Origin: Dechloromonas sp.
Lineage (GTDB): Bacteria; Pseudomonadota; Gammaproteobacteria; Burkholderiales; Rhodocyclaceae
Assembly: GCA_028689015.1 (NCBI GenBank)
Contig: JAQTXC010000005.1
Location: forward strand, 3,107 to 67,106
Reading direction: 5' to 3'
Length of the DNA: 64,000 nucleotides
Shown here: in pieces, positions 1 to 8,567 of the stretch
How the letters are laid out: each line of letters starts with the position of its first letter
Position numbering within the stretch: the first letter of the stretch is position 1
Made by a program: the position numbers and the translations under genes
Notes under the pieces: model-generated
What the model was told of the DNA's origin: nothing
Seen by the model: the letters and a program-made list of their open reading frames with translations, nothing else
The model's database searches: none

Positions 1-2
1 CA

Positions 3-167
3 CGGCAAGACATCGCCGAAATCACCGACCTGCGCTTTGAAACCATCTCCAGAATCATCAAGCAACTGGAACGCGCCGGCACTCTGGACCCGATCCGCCT
101 CGCTGGCATTCATGCCACCCGCAGCTTTCACCTCGCGGGGCAAGCCTGCCCCGCTCGCGGCGCTTGA
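3..167 (+). CDS. 3' end of a Crp/Fnr-family transcription regulator (partial, runs off window start)
   Basis: Frame 3 reads RQDIAEITDLRFETISRIIKQLER...GA*, a typical Crp/Fnr C-terminal HTH (R-Q-D-I-A...E-T-I-S-R); TGA at 165-167. Confidence 0.75.
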   Translation, partial: RQDIAEITDLRFETISRIIKQLERAGTLDPIRLAGIHATRSFHLAGQACPARGA

Positions 168-182
168 ACGTAAAATAGCGGG

Positions 183-887
183 ATGTTCACGGATTCCCTG
201 AATCTCCCGGCAAGCCAGCCCGAATGGCGGCGCAGCGGGCGCTTCTTCCTGATCGCCCTGGGCCTGCATGGCATGGCACTGGCTTATCCCCTGCATCAAG
301 CGCTGCACAGGGAGGCCGAAGCCTTGCCCGTGATGCAGGTGCAATTGGGCAGCGCCAAGTCGGTACCCACGCCGCTACCGCTTTCTGCAGTACCGCCCCC
401 CCAAAAGCAGACTGCCAGGCCGCAAGCTACACCCCGGAAAACGGTCATGCAGGTCGCAAAATCCCCGACCCAAACAGCAACGCCCCCCCTCGTTCCAAGT
501 CCTGTTCCGGTTGAAAATACCGTGCCAACGGCCGCCGTAACCACTACAGCACCGCTTGCCAGTGCCCCCATCAAGGCTGCCCCAGCCGCCGGCAACGCAC
601 CACTCAGTCCGGTACGCTTTGATGTGGCCTACCTGCAGAATCCAGCGCCGGCATATCCGGCAATCTCCCGCAGGCTGGGCGAGGAAGGGCGCGTACTGTT
701 GCGCGTCAAAGTCAGCGCAGAGGGCGCGCCGCTTGCGGTCAACCTGGAAAAAAGCAGCAATTTCGCCCGTCTGGACGACTCTGCCATTCAGGTCGTCAAC
801 CGCTGGCGCTTCGTCCCCGCCAAACGCGGCGACGAAGCCATCGAAGCCTCGGTCATTGTGCCGATCGTGTTTCGGCTGGAAGGGTAG
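183..887 (+). CDS. tonB: TonB-family energy transducer
   Basis: N-terminal TM anchor with LHG motif, Pro-rich linker, TonB C-terminal domain (PAYPAISRRLGEEGRVLLRVKVSAEG...WRFVPA). Confidence 0.9.
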   Translation: MFTDSLNLPASQPEWRRSGRFFLIALGLHGMALAYPLHQALHREAEALPVMQVQLGSAKSVPTPLPLSAVPPPQKQTARPQATPRKTVMQVAKSPTQTATPPLVPSPVPVENTVPTAAVTTTAPLASAPIKAAPAAGNAPLSPVRFDVAYLQNPAPAYPAISRRLGEEGRVLLRVKVSAEGAPLAVNLEKSSNFARLDDSAIQVVNRWRFVPAKRGDEAIEASVIVPIVFRLEG

Positions 888-2556
888 GGTTCTCAAGCGT
901 CACATCGGCCAGTCGAATGGAATTGGAAAAAGCCTCAAGCAAACTCCGCGACTCCCTCAATTGATTCTCAAAGTGAGTGGTACCCTCTTTTGGGTTAAGG
1001 TTTATGACAGTTTCCTGCATCTTTTTATAGAGTTCTGAACCTCCGATTTCCAAGGCATCCAGTTGCAGTCCGTTGATAGCGCGTTTCCGGTTGCGAATTG
1101 TTTCGATGTCCGCCTGAATGGCGTCATCGTACATATCAAAAACCTCCTTAAGCCGCTCTTCAAGGCGCTGCATAACATCGCCATTCTGATTAATCTGGAC
1201 AAAATGCTCCATCAGCGGCCGGCCACGGTGGGCAACGCTTCTGCGCTGGGTTGAACTGTAGGCACTAATCCCCGCAACAGGAATGTCCTCATACTCTAGC
1301 ACGCTCTCCACTTCGTCCATGATGCACTCTAGGTCGTCCTCTGGCCTAAGATCTGCTTTGTTGAGCACCACATAGACTGAGCGATGCTCAACGCCAATCT
1401 CCTGAATGAAATCCAAGTCCGAGTCCGGGATGGTCCCGTTTGCGTCAAGGCCAATGAGCCAAATTATGGCGTCGGATTGTTGCGCGAATTGCACCGCGGT
1501 TTGTTTGTCGCTCTGGCTGTATTCGCCTGCTGTGGCCGGAGGGTTATAGCCGGGGGTGTCAATGAAACAAATGTTGCTGAAATAAGCGGGGTCCATCTGA
1601 ATGCCCACGCACATGAAGGGCATGAGGCTTTTGAGATCAAAGCTGAAAGAGTTAATGAATGCGTGAGAAATGCTTTTGTAGAACCCCACGTCCAAATCAA
1701 TGTGACCACCATTGGCGGAGTAACCGCGAATCAAGCGCTCATTGGTTGCTAGGACATAACTCGGGATCGCCGTGACGGGCTGGAGACCGACGGCCAGGCG
1801 AATTTCACGATCAAGAATGAAGCTGTTAATGAACTCAGATTTACCACTACTGAAACCGCCGACAATGCCCACGATAGTTCGCTTAAATACGTCCGGAAAG
1901 CCTACAAGTAGGCCTAATTCCTGTTCGATTGACTGCAGCATCAGTAGCGCCTTTGCTTCGGCGGCCAAGGAAGACTCTGATTCCGCAAAGACCATGTAGT
2001 CGTTCGCCAGCACTTGCCGGAAACGGGCTAGCCCCATATTTTCTGGGGGGTGTGCGGCTAGCAGTTGTGAAATGAGTTGGAAACGAGTCCAGGTGTCGCC
2101 GTGTCGCTGCTCCAGTGCTTTTAGCTCAGCCGCCAGTTTTTGTGAGGTCTCCAACTCATTGGCGAGGGCCAATTCGGCGGCTTTTCGCTCTTGGACGACT
2201 TGGTTATGGTTTGTTGCCAATGTGTCAAAGCGTATTCGCGCCTGCTCACAGTCATGTTGGTGCTGCGTCTGGGATTGATTCAACAACAGCTGCAACCCCT
2301 GAAAGTCATGCCGCGATTGCGCAAGTTCGGCGTTGGTAGCGGCCACGCGTTCGGTAAGGTGCAAGTGCACTTGGGTCAGGGCCTGAAACTGCTCCTGCGT
2401 GTTCTGGTGCGCTCGTACTAGAGCCTCGTGCCGAGTGTCCGCAGTGCGAAGATCCTCAACAATAGCGTCGTGTAGCGACTTTCGTCGCCAGACAAACAGT
2501 CGCGTCAGTTTTACAAGGTGTATAAATAGGGAGGGAGGGAGCAATTCGGACATCAT
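853..2556 (-). CDS. Dynamin-like GTPase 3 (N-terminal coiled coil, central GTPase domain)
   Basis: G1 GGFSSGKS, G2 PVT, G3 DTPG, G4 NKAD; long heptad-rich N-terminal region; ATGA overlap with upstream gene. Confidence 0.85.
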   Translation of the reverse strand: MMSELLPPSLFIHLVKLTRLFVWRRKSLHDAIVEDLRTADTRHEALVRAHQNTQEQFQALTQVHLHLTERVAATNAELAQSRHDFQGLQLLLNQSQTQHQHDCEQARIRFDTLATNHNQVVQERKAAELALANELETSQKLAAELKALEQRHGDTWTRFQLISQLLAAHPPENMGLARFRQVLANDYMVFAESESSLAAEAKALLMLQSIEQELGLLVGFPDVFKRTIVGIVGGFSSGKSEFINSFILDREIRLAVGLQPVTAIPSYVLATNERLIRGYSANGGHIDLDVGFYKSISHAFINSFSFDLKSLMPFMCVGIQMDPAYFSNICFIDTPGYNPPATAGEYSQSDKQTAVQFAQQSDAIIWLIGLDANGTIPDSDLDFIQEIGVEHRSVYVVLNKADLRPEDDLECIMDEVESVLEYEDIPVAGISAYSSTQRRSVAHRGRPLMEHFVQINQNGDVMQRLEERLKEVFDMYDDAIQADIETIRNRKRAINGLQLDALEIGGSELYKKMQETVINLNPKEGTTHFENQLRESRSLLEAFSNSIRLADVTLENPTLPAETRSAQ

Positions 2557-4790
2557 GCGGCCTCCAGATCCTTGGCCATCCGTTGCAAGCGGTCAAGTGT
2601 CAGCAGTGCGTTATCGACCAGCCCTTCCAATTGCTCGATCCGAGTCTGCATGTCTTTGAAGAAATCGTCCCCAATAGAGCGTGGCAAACCATTGGCTATG
2701 TCATCCGTAAAGTCACGAATTTGGCGAGTAGCCTGCCCTTTGAGGTTCTGGAGAAGACCCTTGGCATCGTCCAAAAAATTGCGCGCCTCGCAATTTAGTA
2801 AATAACTTCCGTTACCCTTCAATTTGTGCAGCTCACTGCTGTCTAATTCAAATTGCGGGATTTCAATTTTGGAAACAAGGCCATTAACGGAGCGAATAAC
2901 GAGTGCTGGGTCGACATCGTCGCCAAGGTGCCGCCTAGCGGCCTGCGTGATCTCTTTTATGAGTTGCTGAAGAAACCGGTGCGTCAAGTCACTGCTCGAG
3001 TACCTCAAGGAGTTGGCTAACCCATTTGCGAAGTCATCGAGGCCGGCACGAACTGGGTTCAAGTACAGTTTGAACTCCCTATATGTGTATTCTTCCGTGC
3101 CACCTCCCCAGCCCCAATTTGCACCCTTGGCAACGATACTGTCACGGACACGGCTACGAGTTTCTCTTATCTCTTCTGAAGCACTTTTGAATGAATCCTC
3201 TGTTTCGTCGTAAGCGCTTTTCAGATCGGCGGTAAGCGTCTTTTTAAGTTGATCTCGAAATTCTGGTACCCGTTCAGAGATAACTCCATCAAGGTCATGA
3301 GTTGCCACCGCGATCAAGCTATCGAGCTTCCGTCGCTGAGCCTTTAACTCATCGAGATCGGCATTCTTAACTTCCTGGAACTTGGCTTGAGTAAACTTCA
3401 GGAGGTCGGCGCGAAATGCCTCCAGTGCTGACGACTTTGCCCGTACCAATTCTGCGCGTCGTTGCTCGATTATGTGGTTCTTTTGCTCTCTGACCTTTCC
3501 CAGTACCCCACGTAGCGCGGCAGTGTTGGCAAGTAAGTCCAGGTTGGCGCGACAACGGTCAGCGTTGTCCGGTGTAAAAAAATCCTGGTAGTGAGCCTGC
3601 AGGTTTTCCCAGGCCTTGCGCTCACCGCTGTCCCATCCATCCTGTTGGTCAAAACGAACCGACAAGCTGTGACACACACCGGACGTGTGTAGAACCTTTC
3701 CGGTGCCACGCAGGATCAGTCCGTCAAAAGTGCTTCCTATTTCCGGATGCTGGCTCTTCAGACGCTGCAGCGTGTCAACCATGTGCGAGCTGAGGGTCTG
3801 AGTGATTTTTTCCAGCGAAGCTTGCAGGGTGGGTTGGCGGGTGTCGCTGCCATAAAGCTGGTTATCAACCTGGCTGGCGATTAGGACGAGCTCCTGGACG
3901 CCCTCCTTTTGAGTGATCCGGCTCATAACCTCAAGGTCTTGTTCACTGAGGAACTGTCCTGCAGGGCTGACAATAAACACCACGTCACAATCCTTGAGCA
4001 GATTGGTAGTCCGCTCCTCACGGGACTGCACAGGGTCGTTCAGGCCCGGGGTATCGATAATCCGGACATTACGAAGCGATTCTAAGGGCAGGAAAATATC
4101 AACGCTCTTGGTTAGAGGCATGTAGCTGCCTTCTGCACCAACATATTCGAGCAACTGGCTGGCTAGCGAGTTTGCGTCTTCCGCCTGGAGCTGACCCAGA
4201 TTGCCGAGGTCCGTAAGGTCGACCCCAGATGCATCAATGCGTTGCCATTGATCATGCGCAGCGGCTAGCGATTGCTCTGCCTGCACGGCACGCAGCGCGT
4301 TTTTCTCGACCTGGTTCCAGAATTCATCGTCTTCACATGTCTGGCCATTTTGCTGTCGGCGTCGGCGAAGAACATCTACGGCCTTGGCCCGCTCTTCAAC
4401 AAGTCTCGCCTCGAAGCGTTTGGCGTCCTTCTGGATATTTTCCAGATCTGCAGTGCTGTAGAACTGGACTTGAGCGCCGAATGAATCCGCATGGGTGAGA
4501 GTGGTTAGGGCTGCGGTCATAGGCGTGGCAGCCCGGGGAAGAATATTGTGACCGTCGAACACCAGAGCATTGAGCAAAGACGATTTGCCCGCCTTAACTC
4601 GGCCTACCACACCGATCTGCAGCAGCCGGTTTTCTTCGGTCAGCTTCTCGAACGAACGGGCCAATTCCTCGGGGCGCCCAATGGCATGTTTCCTGATCCA
4701 GTGAGCAATATCTTTTTCCAGTTCCTGGTGATATGTCTCCATCCAATGGTGGAGCCGTTGGTTCAGATCAAGGACGTCCTTTGCATTCAT
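2553..4790 (-). CDS. Dynamin-like GTPase 2
   Basis: G1 GRVKAGKS, G2 PMT, G3 DTPG, atypical G4 SQVD; long helical C-terminal stalk; 745 aa. Confidence 0.85.
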   Translation of the reverse strand: MNAKDVLDLNQRLHHWMETYHQELEKDIAHWIRKHAIGRPEELARSFEKLTEENRLLQIGVVGRVKAGKSSLLNALVFDGHNILPRAATPMTAALTTLTHADSFGAQVQFYSTADLENIQKDAKRFEARLVEERAKAVDVLRRRRQQNGQTCEDDEFWNQVEKNALRAVQAEQSLAAAHDQWQRIDASGVDLTDLGNLGQLQAEDANSLASQLLEYVGAEGSYMPLTKSVDIFLPLESLRNVRIIDTPGLNDPVQSREERTTNLLKDCDVVFIVSPAGQFLSEQDLEVMSRITQKEGVQELVLIASQVDNQLYGSDTRQPTLQASLEKITQTLSSHMVDTLQRLKSQHPEIGSTFDGLILRGTGKVLHTSGVCHSLSVRFDQQDGWDSGERKAWENLQAHYQDFFTPDNADRCRANLDLLANTAALRGVLGKVREQKNHIIEQRRAELVRAKSSALEAFRADLLKFTQAKFQEVKNADLDELKAQRRKLDSLIAVATHDLDGVISERVPEFRDQLKKTLTADLKSAYDETEDSFKSASEEIRETRSRVRDSIVAKGANWGWGGGTEEYTYREFKLYLNPVRAGLDDFANGLANSLRYSSSDLTHRFLQQLIKEITQAARRHLGDDVDPALVIRSVNGLVSKIEIPQFELDSSELHKLKGNGSYLLNCEARNFLDDAKGLLQNLKGQATRQIRDFTDDIANGLPRSIGDDFFKDMQTRIEQLEGLVDNALLTLDRLQRMAKDLEAA

Positions 4791-6547
4791 GGCTGAGTCT
4801 GCTTGTAGAGGGTTTCCTTGGCCAGGCCTTGAAGCTCTACTCTGACAGAAAGGAGGTGGGCAACTTGCTGCTCTTTCGCCTGGCCATCTTGGTGTCGGTT
4901 GGACATTAATTCATCGATGATTCGTTGTTTTTCGCCGATCTCGCGCTCGAACTCTGCACTAACTTGCGCGACCAGTTCATCCAGTTGCTCGTTCAATAGG
5001 GTTGGCAGCTTGTACCTCAATTCACGCTTGACTGCGGGAATGATCTCGTTCATTACTTTCTGTCGGAGTTGGTCTCTCTGGCGACCTTGATTGATCATGG
5101 CCAAGATGTCCGGTAAAAAGATAATGGCCAGTTCGATCAGGGGATTGACCACGGATGTGGTTACGGCCAAGATCGTTGTCAAGCCTTGGTAAGTCACTTT
5201 GGGCAGTGGCTGCCCTTCTTTCCAGTTGTTATCTTTCTTCAGTTTTTCCAACTCTCGCGAGTTGCGCTCGGCCAACGAACCGCTCCAATGCCCAACGGTT
5301 TCCACTGTTTTATGTAGGGTACGATTGATCTTGTCCGACATATCGCCCAGCCAGTTCTGGTCATTATTGAACGCTCCCATAGCGTTGCCCAGATTACCCA
5401 GCGACTGGGTGAAGTCGGACACGACCGAGCGACTTATGAACTCCATCTGGTCCTTTATGGTGCGAGTCATCGCGCTCCGGACTACCTCCGAGATGATCCG
5501 CGAGAAACCCTCCTGGTTGCTCGACAAGCCTGCATTTACTAGCTCTTCACGGACATTCTCTAGTTCGCGCCCGGAGTCAGAAACACAGCGTTCCACCATC
5601 CGGTCCAGTTGCTGGTTGCGTAGGTCAGCAAGGATATCGTCCCGCTTACGTTCAACTTTGCGGATGCCGTCCGCTAGTTCGCTCAAAGCATATTCATTCT
5701 CCGCTTGGTTCTTCTTTAATGAGGTTAACGCCAGATTAATTTGGCTGATAAGCGAGTGGGTGAGGTCCTTCAGGCGATCCTCGAACAGTTGCCGAATGAT
5801 GCGTTCAGGCTCCAGCCTCGTCAGCAAATCGGCCAGCCGTACCCCATCGTCAAGACCAACGCGCGTTAAGGGGTGGACGTTGGCGAAGGCAGACTTGATT
5901 TGCTCGCTGATCAGATCCGACACTTCATTTATCTGCTCTTCGGAGCGGAGGTTTACCTTATTCAACAGGAAAGTGAAATCACGCCCGTAGGTCTGCAAGT
6001 CATCCAGCTGACGCATCATTGATTGGGTGATGTTGCCGTCTTCGATGCTGGTGACTACGATAAAGTGCACGCCGCGTGGAAGGTAATAGGCAATAGCCTT
6101 GTTGTGATTGGCAAGCGACGACCCAAAACCGGGCATATCCACCAACACCAGAGAAGTTAAAGCCTCAAGATGCGGGTTATCCAGGTACAACTGCAGGTGG
6201 GTAAACTCGCGTGCCCTAGCCTTGATGTTTGCTAGCCCGCTCACGTTAAGACGCTCGCTACTACCATCTGAGCGCAGAGCGAGGAGGTGCGGGTCGCTGC
6301 AGTAGCGTAGTTCGGTCGCTAGTTCCGTTTCTGGGGTGAGGCCAACACCCAAGACATCTACCCCTAGGAATGCATTGAGCAAACTGCTCTTACCAGCACT
6401 GAAGGCACCAATGACGGGTACCAACAATTCGATGTGGCTTATGTCTTCCTTTAGCAGCTGTAGTTCATTGGTTTGGAGAGGAGTTTCGCCGATCAGTTTA
6501 ATCACTGCTTCGAGGTAACTCAGGTACGCGCGTTGGGTATTCAACAT
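4787..6547 (-). CDS. Dynamin-like GTPase 1 with C-terminal hydrophobic membrane segment
   Basis: G1 GAFSAGKS, G2 PET, G3 DMPG, G4 NKVN; helical stalk and hydrophobic GLTTILAVTTSVVNPLIELAIIFLPDILAMI; AAGGA RBS upstream. Confidence 0.85.
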   Translation of the reverse strand: MLNTQRAYLSYLEAVIKLIGETPLQTNELQLLKEDISHIELLVPVIGAFSAGKSSLLNAFLGVDVLGVGLTPETELATELRYCSDPHLLALRSDGSSERLNVSGLANIKARAREFTHLQLYLDNPHLEALTSLVLVDMPGFGSSLANHNKAIAYYLPRGVHFIVVTSIEDGNITQSMMRQLDDLQTYGRDFTFLLNKVNLRSEEQINEVSDLISEQIKSAFANVHPLTRVGLDDGVRLADLLTRLEPERIIRQLFEDRLKDLTHSLISQINLALTSLKKNQAENEYALSELADGIRKVERKRDDILADLRNQQLDRMVERCVSDSGRELENVREELVNAGLSSNQEGFSRIISEVVRSAMTRTIKDQMEFISRSVVSDFTQSLGNLGNAMGAFNNDQNWLGDMSDKINRTLHKTVETVGHWSGSLAERNSRELEKLKKDNNWKEGQPLPKVTYQGLTTILAVTTSVVNPLIELAIIFLPDILAMINQGRQRDQLRQKVMNEIIPAVKRELRYKLPTLLNEQLDELVAQVSAEFEREIGEKQRIIDELMSNRHQDGQAKEQQVAHLLSVRVELQGLAKETLYKQTQP

Positions 6548-6947
6548 GGGAAAGATTCCTTGTGTTTGTCGGTTACTAATTTTTTATAAAATATTGTCAT
6601 TTGCATGAGGCCGTCCTAGCAACAACTTAATCCGGGGACTAGGTCCAGGCATATCTCAAGCGCCAGGCTTCCCGGCACCTTGTGCATTCAGAGGTCGAAA
6701 TGAAACGGTAGGTGCTTGGTGCTTTGCACCCAATTCAAAAGTTGCGAGCCCAAATTGGAGAAGTCCTTCTTTCGCCAACCAAAGTGCCCATTTGCCGCTA
6801 AATGACATCTTTAAGCAGCCGTTTGTAAGAGGGACCCTTCGGTGGATAAGATGAGTATCGCACTATCAGCTTTTCCTGATGCGGATGTAATCTGGCAATG
6901 TAAATCATGTCCAGCGTCACCTAAAATTTATCCAAATTAGCCGTTCT

Positions 6948-7133
6948 TCAACTAAACACAATACGCAACATATCAAGGGGTGTAGGCAATCGCCTCAATA
7001 GCTGTTTACAACCGCATTTCTCGCATTGCTTAACGATGTCTCCCGGCAGCAGTACATCACTCATCGGCGCGACAGTCTTTTTCCACCCGCAAGACTGACA
7101 GACATAGGTCATCGGTTTTGGTCGAATCGGCAT
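6948..7133 (-). CDS. Small Zn-ribbon protein (61 aa)
   Basis: CQSC...CEKC pairs; GGAG RBS 6 nt before ATG at 7133; starts 24 bp after the WYL stop. Confidence 0.75.
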   Translation of the reverse strand: MPIRPKPMTYVCQSCGWKKTVAPMSDVLLPGDIVKQCEKCGCKQLLRRLPTPLDMLRIVFS

Positions 7134-7157
7134 ATGAGTCTCCAATAAGCAGAACCA

Positions 7158-8153
7158 TCACACATCGTAATTTCGGCACATCGCTTTAACGATCTGCGCA
7201 ATTTCATTCCGCAACTCCGCCGGCCCTTCAACGATCACCTGATCCCCAAACCCCAGCAGCCATACCCGCAGCGCCTTGGTATCCGCAACCGTTGCGGTGA
7301 TCGTTACGCTGCCATTCGGATGCTCATCAATTTTTTGATCAGGGGCCAAAAGCCTTTCAGTCACGCTGGGCGCGGCGCCCTGACTGAAGGTGGCTACCAG
7401 CCTGATCGGCCCCCCTTCGCCCACCTGCCAGCCAAAAGCGCCCCCCTGGATGTACGCCTCCAGATCGAACCCTGCTAGCGGCACGATGTCCGTTTCCTGC
7501 AACTCGGCTGTGGCAATTCGATGCAGGGCCAACTGCCGGATATCGGTGTAGCTACCGATGGTTGCCACCAGATAAATGATCTGGTTTCTCACCACCAAGC
7601 CCAGCAGGTTGATGACATAGTTTTTGACTTGCGATCCCGTGCGCGGGACGTAATCGATACGCAGTTGCTTGTTAGTCAGCAAGGCTCGCGAGACACGTTC
7701 CTGAATGGCTTCATCAACGAGGGGAGGCATCAGCGCTTGCCCGGCGGCGAGGACGCGCACCTTGTTACGCCATGCCCCCAAACCACCATCCTGCTGATCG
7801 AGCACTCTCTTGGCCGTATCGAACCAGGGAGAAAGTTGCCCGAGGCTGGCCGCTGGCAGCAGGGCATGGAGGTGTTTCTCCGCCAGATGGAACACCAGCG
7901 CGGTCAACGGCTCCAGCGTAGGTAAATCCAGCTGCGGCGCATCAGGCCGCCAACTCCACCCTTGAGGCTTTGAATCGTCGGAACTCAAGGGCAAGGCCCG
8001 GGAGAGGTTGACCAGATCCCGCTGCACCGTGCGCAAATTTACCTGGAAGCCGGAGGCCTCGAGACGCTCCAGCAAGGATTTTGCGTCAATGCGTTTGGGT
8101 GGCCGCGGAATTCCCCGAAGCATGCACCACTGGCGTAACAAGGCATCACTCAT
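7158..8153 (-). CDS. WYL-domain transcriptional regulator (wHTH-WYL-WCX; BrxR/CapW-like architecture)
   Basis: N-terminal HTH RTVQRDL; WYL-like core (LRIDY...IIYLVA...LALHRI); WCX-like end (LRVWLLGFGDQVIVEGPAELR). Confidence 0.9.
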   Translation of the reverse strand: MSDALLRQWCMLRGIPRPPKRIDAKSLLERLEASGFQVNLRTVQRDLVNLSRALPLSSDDSKPQGWSWRPDAPQLDLPTLEPLTALVFHLAEKHLHALLPAASLGQLSPWFDTAKRVLDQQDGGLGAWRNKVRVLAAGQALMPPLVDEAIQERVSRALLTNKQLRIDYVPRTGSQVKNYVINLLGLVVRNQIIYLVATIGSYTDIRQLALHRIATAELQETDIVPLAGFDLEAYIQGGAFGWQVGEGGPIRLVATFSQGAAPSVTERLLAPDQKIDEHPNGSVTITATVADTKALRVWLLGFGDQVIVEGPAELRNEIAQIVKAMCRNYDV

Positions 8154-8184
8154 GGCGAATCGGGGTGCAGTTCGGGAGGAATGT

Positions 8185-8231
8185 GAAAGGCATGGGCGTA
8201 TGACTATAGCGCATGCCTTTCGATTTATGAA
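8185..8231 (-). promoter_or_regulatory. Sigma70 promoter of the WYL gene with overlapping inverted-repeat operator
   Basis: Minus strand TTCATA(8231-8226)-N17-TATAGT(8208-8203); perfect IR GAAAGGCATG(8185-8194)-N17-CATGCCTTTC(8212-8221) flanks the -10. Confidence 0.65.
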
Positions 8232-8246
8232 ATGCCTTCCGCGTAG

Positions 8247-8266
8247 GCGAATGGAATTCCATTCGC
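8247..8266. repeat. Perfect 20-bp palindrome GCGAATGGAATTCCATTCGC
   Basis: Directly visible; lies between the small ORF stop and the WYL promoter. Confidence 0.85.
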
Positions 8267-8278
8267 AATGCCACGGAT

Positions 8279-8404
8279 TTATTCAGCGGATGCCTTGCGG
8301 ATCTTTTCGAAGTACTTGGCCAGCGAGATGGTTGATACGACTCCCGCCACAAAGACGATGGCAAAGGCAGTCAAATGTTCAAGTGGGGAATTGGTTGAAT
8401 ACAT
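8279..8404 (-). CDS. Unannotated 41-aa single-TM peptide
   Basis: MYSTNSPLEHLTAFAIVFVAGVVSTISLAKYFEKIRKASAE*; AGGAG RBS 5 nt upstream; below the 60-aa cutoff of the ORF track. Confidence 0.55.
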   Translation of the reverse strand: MYSTNSPLEHLTAFAIVFVAGVVSTISLAKYFEKIRKASAE

Positions 8405-8567
8405 AGGAGCTCCTGGGCTGTGTCAGCGCGTTTCAATGCAAAGCAGTTTGACAGCCAGTAGCGACAGAACACGTCGTATACCGCTCCGCCGAAACACCTC
8501 GTCACCTCCGGCGGGAAGACTGTAGTTTCGGATTGCTTGAAAATGCGCCTGGCCAACAAGTAGCGGC

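Noticed and set aside
6656-6808. 50-aa ORF MSFSGKW... in the spacer
   Set aside because: Weak RBS and no recognisable motif; kept only as part of the spacer finding.
8459-8478. CGAC-N7-GTCG dyad as a possible second WYL site
   Set aside because: Only 4-bp arms, and unrelated to the strong IR at 8185-8221.
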